DNA of 63,983 nucleotides, the filler included, from Octopus bimaculoides (lineage: Eukaryota): the NCBI RefSeq assembly GCF_001194135.2. It is 7 parts of 7 records of this genome, joined end to end, with 100 filler letters (N's around TTAATTAATTAA, not from the genome) between each part and the next. Parts side by side here need not be neighbours in the genome. Positions count along the whole stretch, not along the records: positions 24,537 to 34,090 come from NC_068995.1; positions 34,191 to 47,895 come from NC_068985.1; 5 more parts are not named here. One strand, written 5' to 3'. Shown one piece after another: positions 25,860-38,035 of this stretch; positions within the stretch are counted from its first letter, which is position 1, and the number at the start of each line of letters is the position of its first letter. The position numbers were made by a program, and so were the translations under genes. The notes beneath the pieces are model-generated. The model searched no databases and was not told the DNA's origin. It saw nothing but the letters and a program-made list of their open reading frames with translations.

Positions 25860-26225
25860 GGTACAGGCATGGCTGTGCAGGTGCAGGCGTGTCTGTGGTC
25901 GGAAGTTTACTTCCCAACCATATGCTTCTTGGTTCACTCCTACTGCGTGGGAGTTTTAACTAAAGCTTTGTGAGTGAATCTGGTAGACAGAAACTGTATG
26001 TCTCTGTTGGTCCTCCACCATAGTGTTGGTCCTCCACCATAGTGTTGGTCCTCCACCATAGTGTTGGTCCTCCACCACCGCTTGACAACCAGTGTTGATG
26101 TGATTTCGTACCTCGCGACTTAGAGGTTTAGAGAATAGGTACCGGGGTTGACTCGTACGCCTGAGATTCTCCAAGGTGGTGTCCCAGAATGGCCGCAGTC
26201 TAATGACTGAAACAAGAAAAATATA
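25860..26225 (+). mobile_element. Composite SINE with an internal 19-bp tandem repeat
   Basis: SINE head and tail motifs; tgttggtcctccaccatag x ~3.8 at 26005-26077. Confidence 0.75.
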
Positions 26226-26364
26226 AATGATATATTCACGAGTAGAGACGGACAAATTTTCGGTTCTGTCATTTTTCATACAGCGGATCATCAAAATCAC
26301 CAAGAAAAGGCTTCAAAAGTACCCGCTTAAGCAGAGTGTCTTGCTCAAGTAAGCAACGTGTCAC

Positions 26365-26408
<44 letters not shown>

Positions 26409-27059
26409 GATTATTGGATTGTTGTTGAGCAAAACGCTTAATCTCACCTTGCGCCAGTTCACACCAGCTGTAAATGGGTAACTCTGCGACGGAGGCTTGC
26501 TCAGCTAGCCAGCGGGATGGCNNNNNNNNNNNNNNNNNNNNNNNNNNNNNNNNNNNNNNNNNNNNNNNNNNNNNNNNNNNNNNNNNNNNNNNNNNNNNNN
26601 NNNNNNNNNNNNNNNNNNNNNNNNNNNNNNNNNNNNNNNNNNNNNNNNNNNNNNNNNNNNNNNNNNNNNNNNNNNNNNNNNNNNNNNNNNNNNNNNNNNN
26701 NNNNNNNNNNNNNNNNNNNNNNNNNNNNNNNNNNNNNNNNNNNNNNNNNNNNNNNNNNNNNNNNNNNNNNNNNNNNNNNNNNNNNNNNNNNNNNNTATAT
26801 ATAATATAATATAATATATATACATTAATACACACACACATATATATGTGTGTGTGTGTGTGTGTGTGTATTTGTGTGTTTGCATGTATATGCATGTATA
26901 TAATATACATATATGCATATAAGCTATATTTGCATGCATATGTGAGACCTACACATACAGACACACACACACTTATATCTTCTTTCTTTTACTTGTTTCA
27001 GTCGTTAGACTATGGCCATACTGGGGCACGTTCTTGAAGAATTTATCGAACATGTAGCT

Positions 27060-27250
27060 TTTAAAGGGAGATTCAGCCTGACACAGAAAGTGACAAGGCT
27101 GGTCCTTTGAAATACAGGTACAACTAAATTTGCTGAGTGGACTGGAGCAAGGGGAAATAAAGTGTCTTGCTCAAGGACACAACGCGCCTCCGGGAATCGA
27201 GCTCATCATCGTGAGTTCGATTCCCAAACCACTAAGCCACGTGCCTTCGT
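27060..27250 (-). mobile_element. tRNA-derived SINE
   Basis: aaagtgtcttgctcaaggacac...gggaatcgagctc...aaccactaagccac; related to 86-400. Confidence 0.7.
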
Positions 27251-27429
27251 ATAGGAGTAACATTAATGGTAAATGAACAACAGCCTTAAATCCGATGATG
27301 AATAAGATGCTTGAAGTGGCAAGAACAATTAGTTGCATCAGTGACAGAAATAAACGGAGCAGCGGTAGCAGTAGCAGCAGCGGCAGTAGCATCAACTGCA
27401 AAAAAAAAACAAAAAAAAACAAGAAGAAG

Positions 27430-27588
27430 AGGAATAACAACAACAACAACAACAACAACAACAACGAGATGACAACAGCAGCAACATCAACCTCAAATAG
27501 CTACAAGAACACATCAATAACAGCACAAACTACAGAAAGAATCGGAGCAACCGACGGATGACAGCAAGAGAAACATCGCTGACAACAA

Positions 27589-27665
<77 letters not shown>

Positions 27666-27715
27666 GCAACACCAACAACAACAAGAGAAGCAATTGCAAC
27701 AACAAACACAATAAA
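27430..27715. repeat. (CAA)/(CAG) trinucleotide tracts
   Basis: Direct reading. Confidence 0.9.
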
Positions 27716-29420
27716 AACGAGAACGAGGAATAATAAAAGGTGCGTAGTANNNNNNNNNNNNNNNNNNNNNNNNNNNNNNNNNNNNNNNNNNNNNNNNNNN
27801 NNNNNNNNNNNNNNNNNNNNNNNNNNNNNNNNNNNNNNNNNNNNNNNNNNNNNNNNNNNNNNNNNNNNNNNNNNNNNNNNNNNNNNNNNNNNNNNNNNNN
27901 NNNNNNNNNNNNNNNNNNNNNNNNNNNNNNNNNNNNNNNNNNNNNNNNNNNNNNNNNNNNNNNNNNNNNNNNNNNNNNNNNNNNNNNNNNNNNNNNNNNN
28001 NNNNNNNNNNNNNNNNNNNNNNNNNNNNNNNNNNNNNNNNNNNNNNNNNNNNNNNNNNNNNNNNNNNNNNNNNNNNNNNNNNNNNNNNNNNNNNNNNNNN
28101 NNNNNNNNNNNNNNNNNNNNNNNNNNNNNNNNNNNNNNNNNNNNNNNNNNNNNNNNNNNNNNNNNNNNNNNNNNNNNNNNNNNNNNNNNNNNNNNNNNNN
28201 NNNNNNNNNNNNNNNNNNNNNNNNNNNNNNNNNNNNNNNNNNNNNNNNNNNNNNNNNNNNNNNNNNNNNNNNNNNNNNNNNNNNNNNNNNNNNNNNNNNN
28301 NNNNNNNNNNNNNNNNNNNNNNNNNNNNNNNNNNNNNNNNNNNNNNNNNNNNNNNNNNNNNNNNNNNNNNNNNNNNNNNNNNNNNNNNNNNNNNNNNNNN
28401 NNNNNNNNNNNNNNNNNNNNNNNNNNNNNNNNNNNNNNNNNNNNNNNNNNNNNNNNNNNNNNNNNNNNNNNNNNNNNNNNNNNNNNNNNNNNNNNNNNNN
28501 NNNNNNNNNNNNNNNNNNNNNNNNNNNNNNNNNNNNNNNNNNNNNNNNNNNNNNNNNNNNNNNNNNNNNNNNNNNNNNNNNNNNNNNNNNNNNNNNNNNN
28601 NNNNNNNNNNNNNNNNNNNNNNNNNNNNNNNNNNNNNNNNNNNNNNNNNNNNNNNNNNNNNNNNNNNNNTATATATGCACACATATATATGTATATGTTC
28701 GTATGTGTGTGATGACGGTGAGTTTATATACAGTACATTTAATTCAATTTGTGTCTTTTTCTTTTTTTGTATTCAACTCCATAATCTTCACAGATCGCTA
28801 CTCCACAATTACATCGTAGATGAGTCATAATAGTCGTGTATAAAAGGACACATAAACCGTTACGCTCACTCTTGATTTATTTGTTAATAAATACCCTATA
28901 CTCCAACGTCTCAAAACATCTGCAACCTGATCGTTGACACAGTTTCACTGCATCTCTGAGATACAATAAAACTGTGTCAATGATCAGGTCGCAGATGTGT
29001 AACGAAAAACATTTAGACGTTCATGTAAATTACTCTTTGTAATTGATTTCAAATTATGGCACAAGGCCATCAGTTTCCGGTAAGAGGCTAAGTCGATTAC
29101 ATCGACATCAGTACTCAACTGGTGCTTGTTTTTTTTGTTTTTTTTTTTATATCTCGTATGGTTGAAAGGCAAAGGTGACCTCGTTGGCATTTGAATTCAG
29201 AACTATATAATAATAATAATAATAATAGAGTGGGTACAACAGAAATTGAGAAAATTGAGAAATATCAGTGCATAGCCAGAGAGAAGAAAAGGATTCAGAA
29301 CGGATCCTATGATTCGTGAGATTTCAAGAGATACTGTTTTTAACGAAGCTCAGGGTAACATTCCTGTTAATATAGCTTTCAATAGTTTTAATAATAATAA
29401 TAACAACAATAATAACAACG

Positions 29421-29512
<92 letters not shown>

Positions 29513-30312
29513 CCTTTCTTCTATAGGCACAAGGCCTGAAATTTGGTGGGAGGGTACTAATCGATTACTCGACTGGTACTTAATTCATCGACCCCGAAAG
29601 GATGAAAGGCAATGTCGACTTTGGTGGGATTTGAACTCAGAACGTAATGCTTCTGCTTACGGCCAAAAATCCAGCTTGCAAATTTGATAAACGTCCCACT
29701 GGGAAAGGAAGCGCGTCGGACACCTCGGACACCATACCCGTAGCAGTCATTCGTTATTGAGGTTTAGAATTCGCAGTTTCCGTGGGAATGCAAGTTCACA
29801 TGTGGTCCCCAACCACATGCACATACAGTTCGAGAGAGTGTGATCTGTAGCAGCACATCTTGCCAGCGATTGTCGACTGTAGCAGAGGATTCTTTTCTGA
29901 TCAATTCACTGCCGATTTACGGAGCCCAGGTTTGAAGCGCGTGGTACATACTCCAGGTAACACATAGCTTGGGTCTTAGCAGGTGCTACTACTCCAGGTT
30001 CTGAGTAGACCTTGGTAAGATAGTGGCTAAGAAGTGATTCTACACTCCTCAATAGTCTGGAACTCCTGTTCCAAGGCTCTACTACTGGATGCAGTTTAAA
30101 GCCTTACCAGGACAATTCCTGTGCCGTTCGCTGACTCTTGGACGTTTTAGGTCTTGGAAAAGAGAGATGACACTATCTTATGGACTGAGGCTTAGTTTTT
30201 GGATCATAAAAATACGGACACGATTCGTCTTCTGTCGCTAAATTGAAAAAAGGGTCTTCATTGGTTTCAAAGAGATCAAAGCAGACTTCCGCCATTCTCT
30301 CCTTCAGATAGG

Positions 30313-30337
30313 ATGTTGTTGTCCTTGTTGTTGTTGC

Positions 30338-30383
<46 letters not shown>

Positions 30384-30936
30384 CTTCTTCTTCTTCTTCT
30401 TCTTCTTCTTCTTCTTCTTCTTCTTCTTCTTCTTCTTGTCCTTGTTGTTTTTGTTGTTGTTGTTGTTCTTGTTCTTCTTCTTCTCCTCCTCCTCCTTCTC
30501 CTTCTCCTTCTTCTGCTTCTTCTTCTTCTTCTTCTTCTTCTTCTTCTTCTTCTTCTTCTTCTTCTTCTTCTTCCCTTTCTTCTTCTTCTTCTTCTTCTTC
30601 TTCTTCTTCTCCTACCCCTTCTCCTCCTCCTCCTTCTTCCTCTTCTCCTCCATCTTCTTCTTCTTCTTCTTCTTCTTCTTCTTCTTCTTCTTCTTGTCCT
30701 TGTTGTTTTTGTTGTTGTTGTTCTTCTACTTCTCCTACCCCTTCTCCTCCTCCTCCTTCTTCCTCTTCTCCTCCATCTTCTTCTTCTTCTTCTTCTTCTT
30801 GTCCTTGTTGTTTTTGCTGTTGTTCTTCTTCTTCTCCTCCTCCTCCTTCTCCTTCTTCTCCTCCACCTTCTTCTTCTTCTTCTTCTTCTTCTTCTTCTTC
30901 TTCTTCTTCTTCTTCTTCTTCTTCTTCTTCTTCTTC
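30313..30936. repeat. Compound (TTG)/(TTC)/(TCC) microsatellite with higher-order block duplications
   Basis: Blocks ttcttgtccttgttgtttttg (x3) and ctcctaccccttctcctcctcc (x2) recur. Confidence 0.9.
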
Positions 30937-31823
30937 NNNNNNNNNNNNNNNNNNNNNNNNNNNNNNNNNNNNNNNNNNNNNNNNNNNNNNNNNNNNNNNN
31001 NNNNNNNNNNNNNNNNNNNNNNNNNNNNNNNNNNNNNNNNNNNNNNNNNNNNNNNNNNNNNNNNNNNNNNNNNNNNNNNNNNNNNNNNNNNNNNNNNNNN
31101 NNNNNNNNNNNNNNNNNNNNNNNNNNNNNNNNNNNNNNNNNNNNNNNNNNNNNNNNNNNNNNNNNNNNNNNNNNNNNNNNNNNNNNNNNNNNNNNNNNNN
31201 NNNNNNNNNNNNNNNNNNNNNNNNNNNNNNNNNNNNNNNNNNNNNNNNNNNNNNNNNNNNNNNNNNNNNNNNNNNNNNNNNNNNNNNNNNNNNNNNNNNN
31301 NNNNNNNNNNNNNNNNNNNNNNNNNNNNNNNNNNNNNNNNNNNNNNNNNNNNNNNNNNNNNNNNNNNNNNNNNNNNNNNNNNNNNNNNNNNNNNNNNNNN
31401 NNNNNNNNNNNNNNNNNNNNNNNNNNNNNNNNNNNNNNNNNNNNNNNNNNNNNNNNNNNNNNNNNNNNNNNNNNNNNNNNNNNNNNNNNNNNNNNNNNNN
31501 NNNNNNNNNNNNNNNNNNNNNNNNNNNNNNNNNNNNNNNNNNNNNNNNNNNNNNNNNNNNNNNTATATATATGGGTATACTGATTATAGAGAGAACAGGT
31601 TTATAGTAAACATTTTCATAAATGTGTTTGTTTGTGGTCTGGTTTACATGTGTATATACGTATGATTTACACTGATGCGTGTAAAGATTAAGTCCTGTAC
31701 ACATGTTTATAACAAACATCGCCACCTGTCTAAGTATACTGTCTGGTAAATATATACACATGGCTATACATAAACACATATAAATGAAACTTATACACGT
31801 ATGCATATAAATATACTTACATA

Positions 31824-31861
<38 letters not shown>

Positions 31862-31878
31862 CACACATATATATATGC

Positions 31879-31914
<36 letters not shown>

Positions 31915-32314
31915 TTATTTGCTTCAGTTCAAGGTCTGTGCTCATGCTTGGGCACCGACAACTGCTGCTGGTGCACCTTTATTAATCCTCCTTTAATAAC
32001 TGGTATTTTGCCGAATGTGGGAATTTGAAGCTGCTGTCCTCATTCTGACTTCCTGTTGTGAAGCTGGTTCCTTTAGAAATCTTGATAGTAGGAGATCCAG
32101 CTTGTTTTGAAGACATCTATAATCACATCACGTTTGTCTATCAGTTCCTTCGAGAGAATATTGAAAAGCTGTGACTTTCAAGCTATTGACCTCCAAACTA
32201 TTGCACTATCTAATCCTGTATTTTGGTGACAGGGGGGGGAGTATGTGAATATATATTGAGTACTCTAAACGGCTGTAGAGTTACATAGGTGTTTGTGTGT
32301 GTATGCATATAGGC

Positions 32315-32353
<39 letters not shown>

Positions 32354-32706
32354 TAACAAACAAAATGGGACATTAACGAAAAACATCCAGACAGTTAGGT
32401 GATACAAAAAGGGACAAGAAAACCTCTCTAAAAATCTGACCGATTCCTTGTCCACCACGCGGTCGATTTCCTGTCCACTACGTCGTCCATTTCCTGTTCA
32501 CCATGTGGTCTTTTCCAACTAACTGTCGTCACTGTTATACGGTTATACCAACATCCTTCCACGACACCACGTGACCTTCCTCGACCAATAGCAGCCCACC
32601 TAACAGTAATAACAATCAATTTCATTCATTCAAATTCAATATGGCTGAAGAACGGCATTACGATTGAAACTCACGAAGTACCAGCGAATTTGAATCAAAC
32701 TGTTTT

Positions 32707-32783
<77 letters not shown>

Positions 32784-33214
32784 TTTCGGTGCGAATGGTT
32801 TTTCTATACGGTGCCGTATTTCACAATCCAGTAAATAACAATAATGGTATTTTTATATAAGCTTAAAGGTTATGACGATCACCATGCAATGACTCAGGAA
32901 AATAGTCTAATAACGGGGCATATAAGCACTTGACAGAAAAAAGAAGGCTTTCCTAACCGCGTGGGACTCGAACCTACATATATCTTATAAACAAACTTTT
33001 GAAACGCCGAATGTGTTGGTATTTTACAGACAAGAAAAACCATTTGACTAGAGACAAAATAGTGAGAAAATACATGGGTGTTCGGATATACATTAAAGAA
33101 TATTGTGGGATTTATTTAGTTACTATTTCTACCAAATCGTGTACCACGTAGAAGCTTTCTTGCAGTCTAGATAATTGTTGGGATTTCGTTGTTGATGTTG
33201 TTGTGATCTTTGAC

Positions 33215-33560
33215 ATAATTTTCTAATATTGACTTCGTTGGAATTCTGCCCCAAGTTATTGCCTTTGGTAGCATTTCTAATATAAACTTCCATTCCAAAT
33301 TCTATCCAAAGTTTGCCTTTGAGAATATTTCTAATATCAAACTTCGATATGAACTCCCACCCACAAATATTGTCTATGACAGCATTTGTAATATTACGTT
33401 CATATAAGCCTCCCACAAGTCTGGTGAGTCCGTTTCTAATACAGACTTCGATATAATTCTTCCTAAATTATTGTCTTTGAGATTATTTCAAATATAGGAT
33501 GCCATGTAAGCGCTTCCCCAAATTATTTCCTATGAGACGAGACTATTTCTAATATAGGAA
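33215..33560. repeat. Degenerate ~54-bp tandem repeat, about 7 units
   Basis: tttctaatat-like anchors at 33220, 33274, 33328, 33385, 33433, 33486, 33546. Confidence 0.7.
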
Positions 33561-34045
33561 TCCTCAAATTCAAAGCAATGATACTATTTTTATTACAGAC
33601 TTATAAATTTTCCCAAATTATCAACTTCCATAAAGGTAAGAAATGCAAACTTCAAAACTTATCTTCTACAACGAATTTTAAAGTTAGAAATTTAAAACTG
33701 CCACATAGAGACAACCAAGACTGCTTCAAAACCAAAGTAGTTCTGGGTTCCATCCCATTCCATGGAACCACAGGCAAATGTTTGAGATGTAGCCTGGGCT
33801 TGATAATTATCTTGTGAGTGGAACTGGTAGACGGAAACTGAAGAGAAACCTAACATACATACATACATACGTACAAATAACTATCTATACATCATGCGAT
33901 CGACCGGACTATCGGATGTTGTTATGGCCCTTTACTTTAAGGCTGATAAATCGAGGAGACATGCCCCCTATTTAGGCGCAGGCTGTTGCGTTGATCGGGT
34001 CAATTGGAACCATCGTTGTCGCAACCGACGGAGTGCCACGACGAT

Positions 34046-34090
<45 letters not shown>

Positions 34091-34190
34091 NNNNNNNNNN
34101 NNNNNNNNNNNNNNNNNNNNNNNNNNNNNNNNNNTTAATTAATTAANNNNNNNNNNNNNNNNNNNNNNNNNNNNNNNNNNNNNNNNNNNN

Positions 34191-35356
34191 GCTAAAGGGT
34201 GGGCTTGGGATGCCTTGGCTGAGGATGCGCGCGTACGTGCTGAGGCTGAGACACACCTGGCTCTACCTGGATGGTGAACGGGTGTGGTCACCGCATGTTA
34301 AGTTCTTCCTATCACAATTGACGTTCCTGCCGGACGTAAGCGCCTGGATCACGCGGAGACCAAAAATGGGTGAATGGCAGAGAGAGTACAGAAATGCACT
34401 CGCTCTGTTCTCTTGGGTGAGCAATGCAGGCAGCGGGGCTACAACTGTGGATTTTTATAGCGGGTTGGTAGACGTCCTGGGAGAAACTCTGGGCTTCGAC
34501 GAAGAACAGCTTGTCAACCCTTTCCGGAGAACATTCGGGCCGGGGTGTCTGGACTACTTCCAGAAATCCCTGACCTGGTTGTGCTACCGATCGGCTTTGC
34601 CAGTTCGAGAGAGGTCGTCAAGGCATGGTGCTGATATCCTACCCACATGCCCGAGGTGCGGGCGTTTCAGCGAAACTGTCACGCACGCCTTCGTACATTG
34701 TGAGGAACTAAGGGGACTGATAACCTGTGTCGAACAACTGGTGTCAGATGCAGAAAGAGTACGGTTATCGACTGAGTCTATCATCAAAATTGTGCCACCC
34801 CCTCCATTACAAAGGAAAAGGAGGCGTCATTTGTCTGCATAGTAGCCATATTGAAAGAGATAGCTTGGATGAAGCGTGGAAGAGGAATTGAGACAGGCAA
34901 CTTCATATCCGGACATGGGTTGGTTAAATTTTTTAACTATCACCTATCCAGTAATATCAGTCTGGAGAGGAGACGCCTGTGTCGAAGAGTGTTTGAAAAA
35001 AGATGGACAAATGTTGTAAGGAAGTTGAGAGTAAATGGGACCACGCTAGCGTGGCCGGTTTGAACGGAAAAGAAGGAAATATCGGAAGAAAATTTTTTAA
35101 AAAAAAGTGGGTATTATAAAAGTTTTAAAAAAAAGGAAAAAACCGGTGGGTCGAACAAGAACCTCGTAATTATATCTAAACACAATCTAAATATTTTTAT
35201 TTCGATTTCATTATATGGTGTACTTCATCCGATTTGATCCGATTTCATTATATTTGATTTTTAACTAAGGCATAACCCCAGCCCCTAAATGTTTCTTTTG
35301 TGGTGTCCTGTGCTGTCTCCTCTGTGTCATGGAATGTGTGCCAAATAAAAGAAAAT
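34191..35356 (+). mobile_element. Tx1-like (L1 clade) LINE: ORF2 C-terminus, 3'UTR and A-rich tail
   Basis: ORF 34210-34842 ...WLCYRSALPVRER...CPRCGRFSETVTHAFVHC (zinc-binding domain of L1/Tx1 ORF2); ends ccaaataaaagaaaa. Confidence 0.9.
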
Positions 35357-35359
35357 TCG

Positions 35360-37040
35360 AGTGAAGTTAGTGTGAGCTATTGCTTTGTATTAATTGAATT
35401 ATTGAATTGTTGAATGACGGAACTGTTGAATTGCTGTATTATTGAATTGTTGAAATGGTGATTGTTGAATTTGTAATTTTTTGAAGTCATTGAAAATTTT
35501 GTTTGGCTTCCCCATTTATGGGTGAAGCAGTGAATAACGGAATGAATACGCAGACAGGAAGTTATGTTGCGGTAACAATCATAGGCTTGACAGCGGAGCT
35601 ACTGCAAATACAGAAACTAGAAGTGAAAGATATTGATTACAAAAAGTTTGATAACCTCTTGAAGAAGGAAGGAGGATGTTTGAGACTGACACCCACCAAA
35701 GAAATAACAGAGAAGTCGGAAAGGAAAATAATCACTTACCGAACGCTCAACACAAGAGAAGTAGAAATAGCAGGCGTTAAAGAGATAGAAAAATGTTTGA
35801 AAGAAGTTAATGAAGTGACGACTTTCTACAACAGAGGACGAAAATTTGACACGGGGGAGGTATGCTTCGTTAATGAAAACGAAGCAAAGAAGTACTCCAC
35901 CGTAGCCTTAAAATCAGCACAGTGGGCAATCTTACCTACTTACTGTGGCAGACGCGCAGCCAGAGTGAGAATAGGGAGAGTGCCACCCGAAATTAACGAG
36001 GACTGGCTTGTGGCAGCCATCCTCTACAACACAGAGGAGAAAGTGGAAATATTGAAAATGTCAAAGACATTGGAGGTCAACTGATGGGGGTATGGCCTGG
36101 AGGTGATGATACTTATCAGCCTGCCTGACCTCCACAAAATGATAGAAGCGATAGTCCTGTCCGATGAGACAAGACTGAGAGTTATGAAGGAGGGTAGACC
36201 ACCAATATGCTTCCAATGTGGAGTAAGGGGACACATGAAGACAAAGTATCCCCAGAAACACGAACAGGAGGTGGTGGAGAAAGAACGTCAGATAAAAGTG
36301 AATGTAATATCGGAGAAGGAAATACAGTGTACATTCGTGGAGAAGAAAGGAAATAGCGAATCTCCACCGATAAAGAAAAGGAAGGTGGAGGAGAAGAAAA
36401 AAGAGAAAAGAAGAAATGAGGAAGCAACAGAGAATCGAACTCAAGAGCCAGTACCTTCAATGAGTAAGGAGAAGGAAGGACAGAAGACAGAAGAAAACGA
36501 ACAACAAACAGAAATGGAGACACCAGTTACTGGTGTAGAGAGTGAAGAAATATAACCCAGAGAGCTACGCAAAGGGAAGTATGAACGAGTGTTAGTGACG
36601 TACGAGAAAAGTGTAGAAATGGAAAAGCGTAACGCAAAAATGAAGGTCGTAATAAGAGTGAAATTAGCAGAGAATGAAGAGAACCGTATTATAAAAGCAG
36701 TGCTAGTGGGAGACGAAATAGCAGCAAGACTAAAGGAATTATTTGGAAAAAGAATGGAAATTACACGAAAGTGATTTCAATATGATGAACTGCCACCAGT
36801 GGTAATGTATGAAGACAATACCTTATGTAATATAAACATGATACTTACTGGACAAAATGATTGATTATAAAAACAGTAAAATGGGACTTCCTACTTTGCG
36901 GGGTAGAAAGCCATTTCATTATCTTAATTTCACACTTCATAATTCATTCGAAAATCATTCTATGTATCCCACGTTTGTGCTGTCTGTCTTTGTAATGTCC
37001 ATTCTATAAAAAAGGCTATATGCCTATAATAAAGAGAAAG
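35360..37040 (+). mobile_element. LINE-type element carrying only an ORF1 (RRM-like + zinc knuckle), pseudogenised
   Basis: One reading frame 35518-36864 with 3 internal stops (36082, 36553, 36772) and no frameshift; ...RVRIGRVPPE...EGRPPICFQCGVRGHMKTKY; short 3'UTR with AATAAA at 37028; no ORF2. Confidence 0.75.
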
Positions 37041-37300
37041 AGTTATTGCTTTGTGTTATTTGAATTACTGAATTGTTGAATTACTGTATTGGTGAATATT
37101 GTTTTGAATTTGTGAATTTGTTGAAAATTTTATTTGGCTTCCCCATTCATGGGTGAAGCGGTGAATAACGGAATTATGCAGGTTCAAACAGGCAGTTATG
37201 CGGCAGTGGCGGGCAAAACCCCACAGCTGAGCTATTGCAGATACTGGAAGTGAAGGATATAGACTATAAGAAGATTTGACTGCTATTTCTAGGAAATGAA
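37041..37300 (+). mobile_element. Second, 3'-truncated copy of the 5' end of the ORF1-only family
   Basis: tattgctttgtg..ttgaatt repeats..tttggcttccccattcatgggtgaagcggtgaataacggaat matches 35380-35540. Confidence 0.8.
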
Positions 37301-37479
37301 GCACTTGGTGGAGGTGCATTAATAATTCTGGTAGCTCCAATAACAAGTGCAGGCAATATTCAAGTATTTTGATGACTTTTTCCCCTTTGTTTACGAACAG
37401 TCTAGTTAATCGGAAATGTCAGAACTAACGGGGATTAATACCATATACACCGTCACAGCAGTAACTGTATTCAAGTGAT

Positions 37480-38035
37480 TAGTTGAAATTATCGAAATAA
37501 GACAATTTTTAACGTGAAATAACTTCGAATACAAAATTTATTATCTGTTCTATACCACAAAATATACAAGTATACGAAGTTTGAAAGTGTTTCGGTACCA
37601 AAAACGCTACATAAAAAAATGTTGCCCGTCAAATCACAAAGGTCCTTAGGGTTAGGGTTAGGATTAGGGTTATGAGTGAGGTTATGGCAAAAATATACAC
37701 ACACAGATACGCACAGCGTAATTTATTATATAAACAATATATGCGTATAAATTATGATTAAACCGGATGAAATATGTCACAGGGAATAACATTTTTATGA
37801 CCGGCCAAAAATGATTGTTTACGAAAGAGCGCTGACTGTATTCAGCTGAATAGACGTCAGTGATTGGTTGAAATTACAGAAATACGACAACTTTAACATG
37901 AAACAACTTGCGATGTACAATTTTTTGTTAAGAAGTCTAAGAGAAAAAGTTGTTTTGTATGACACATTCTACCAGTGTCCCAAGTTTGAAAGTGTTTCGT
38001 TAAGAAAACAAGTGTTGGCCGTCAAATCACAAAGA
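37480..38035. repeat. Interspersed repeat with internal direct repeats and a short (TTAGGG)n tract at ~37646-37670; possibly a non-autonomous Helitron/Helentron-type element
   Basis: aagtttgaaagtgtttcg...ccgtcaaatcacaaag occurs at ~37577-37640 and ~37982-38035; ttagggttagggttaggattaggg. Class is inference only. Confidence 0.5.

Noticed and set aside
26005-26077. Possible CRISPR array
   Set aside because: Contiguous identical units without spacers, inside a SINE in eukaryotic DNA, with no cas genes.
32941-32990. tRNA gene (minus-strand gttcgagtcc with a downstream T-run)
   Set aside because: Only a T-arm/B-box; no acceptor stem, D arm or anticodon arm.
35385-35500. Heat-shock elements in the ttgaat repeats
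   Set aside because: Repeats are direct, not alternating nGAAn/nTTCn.
37646-37670. Chromosome end or fusion site
   Set aside because: Only about four telomeric units embedded in an interspersed repeat.
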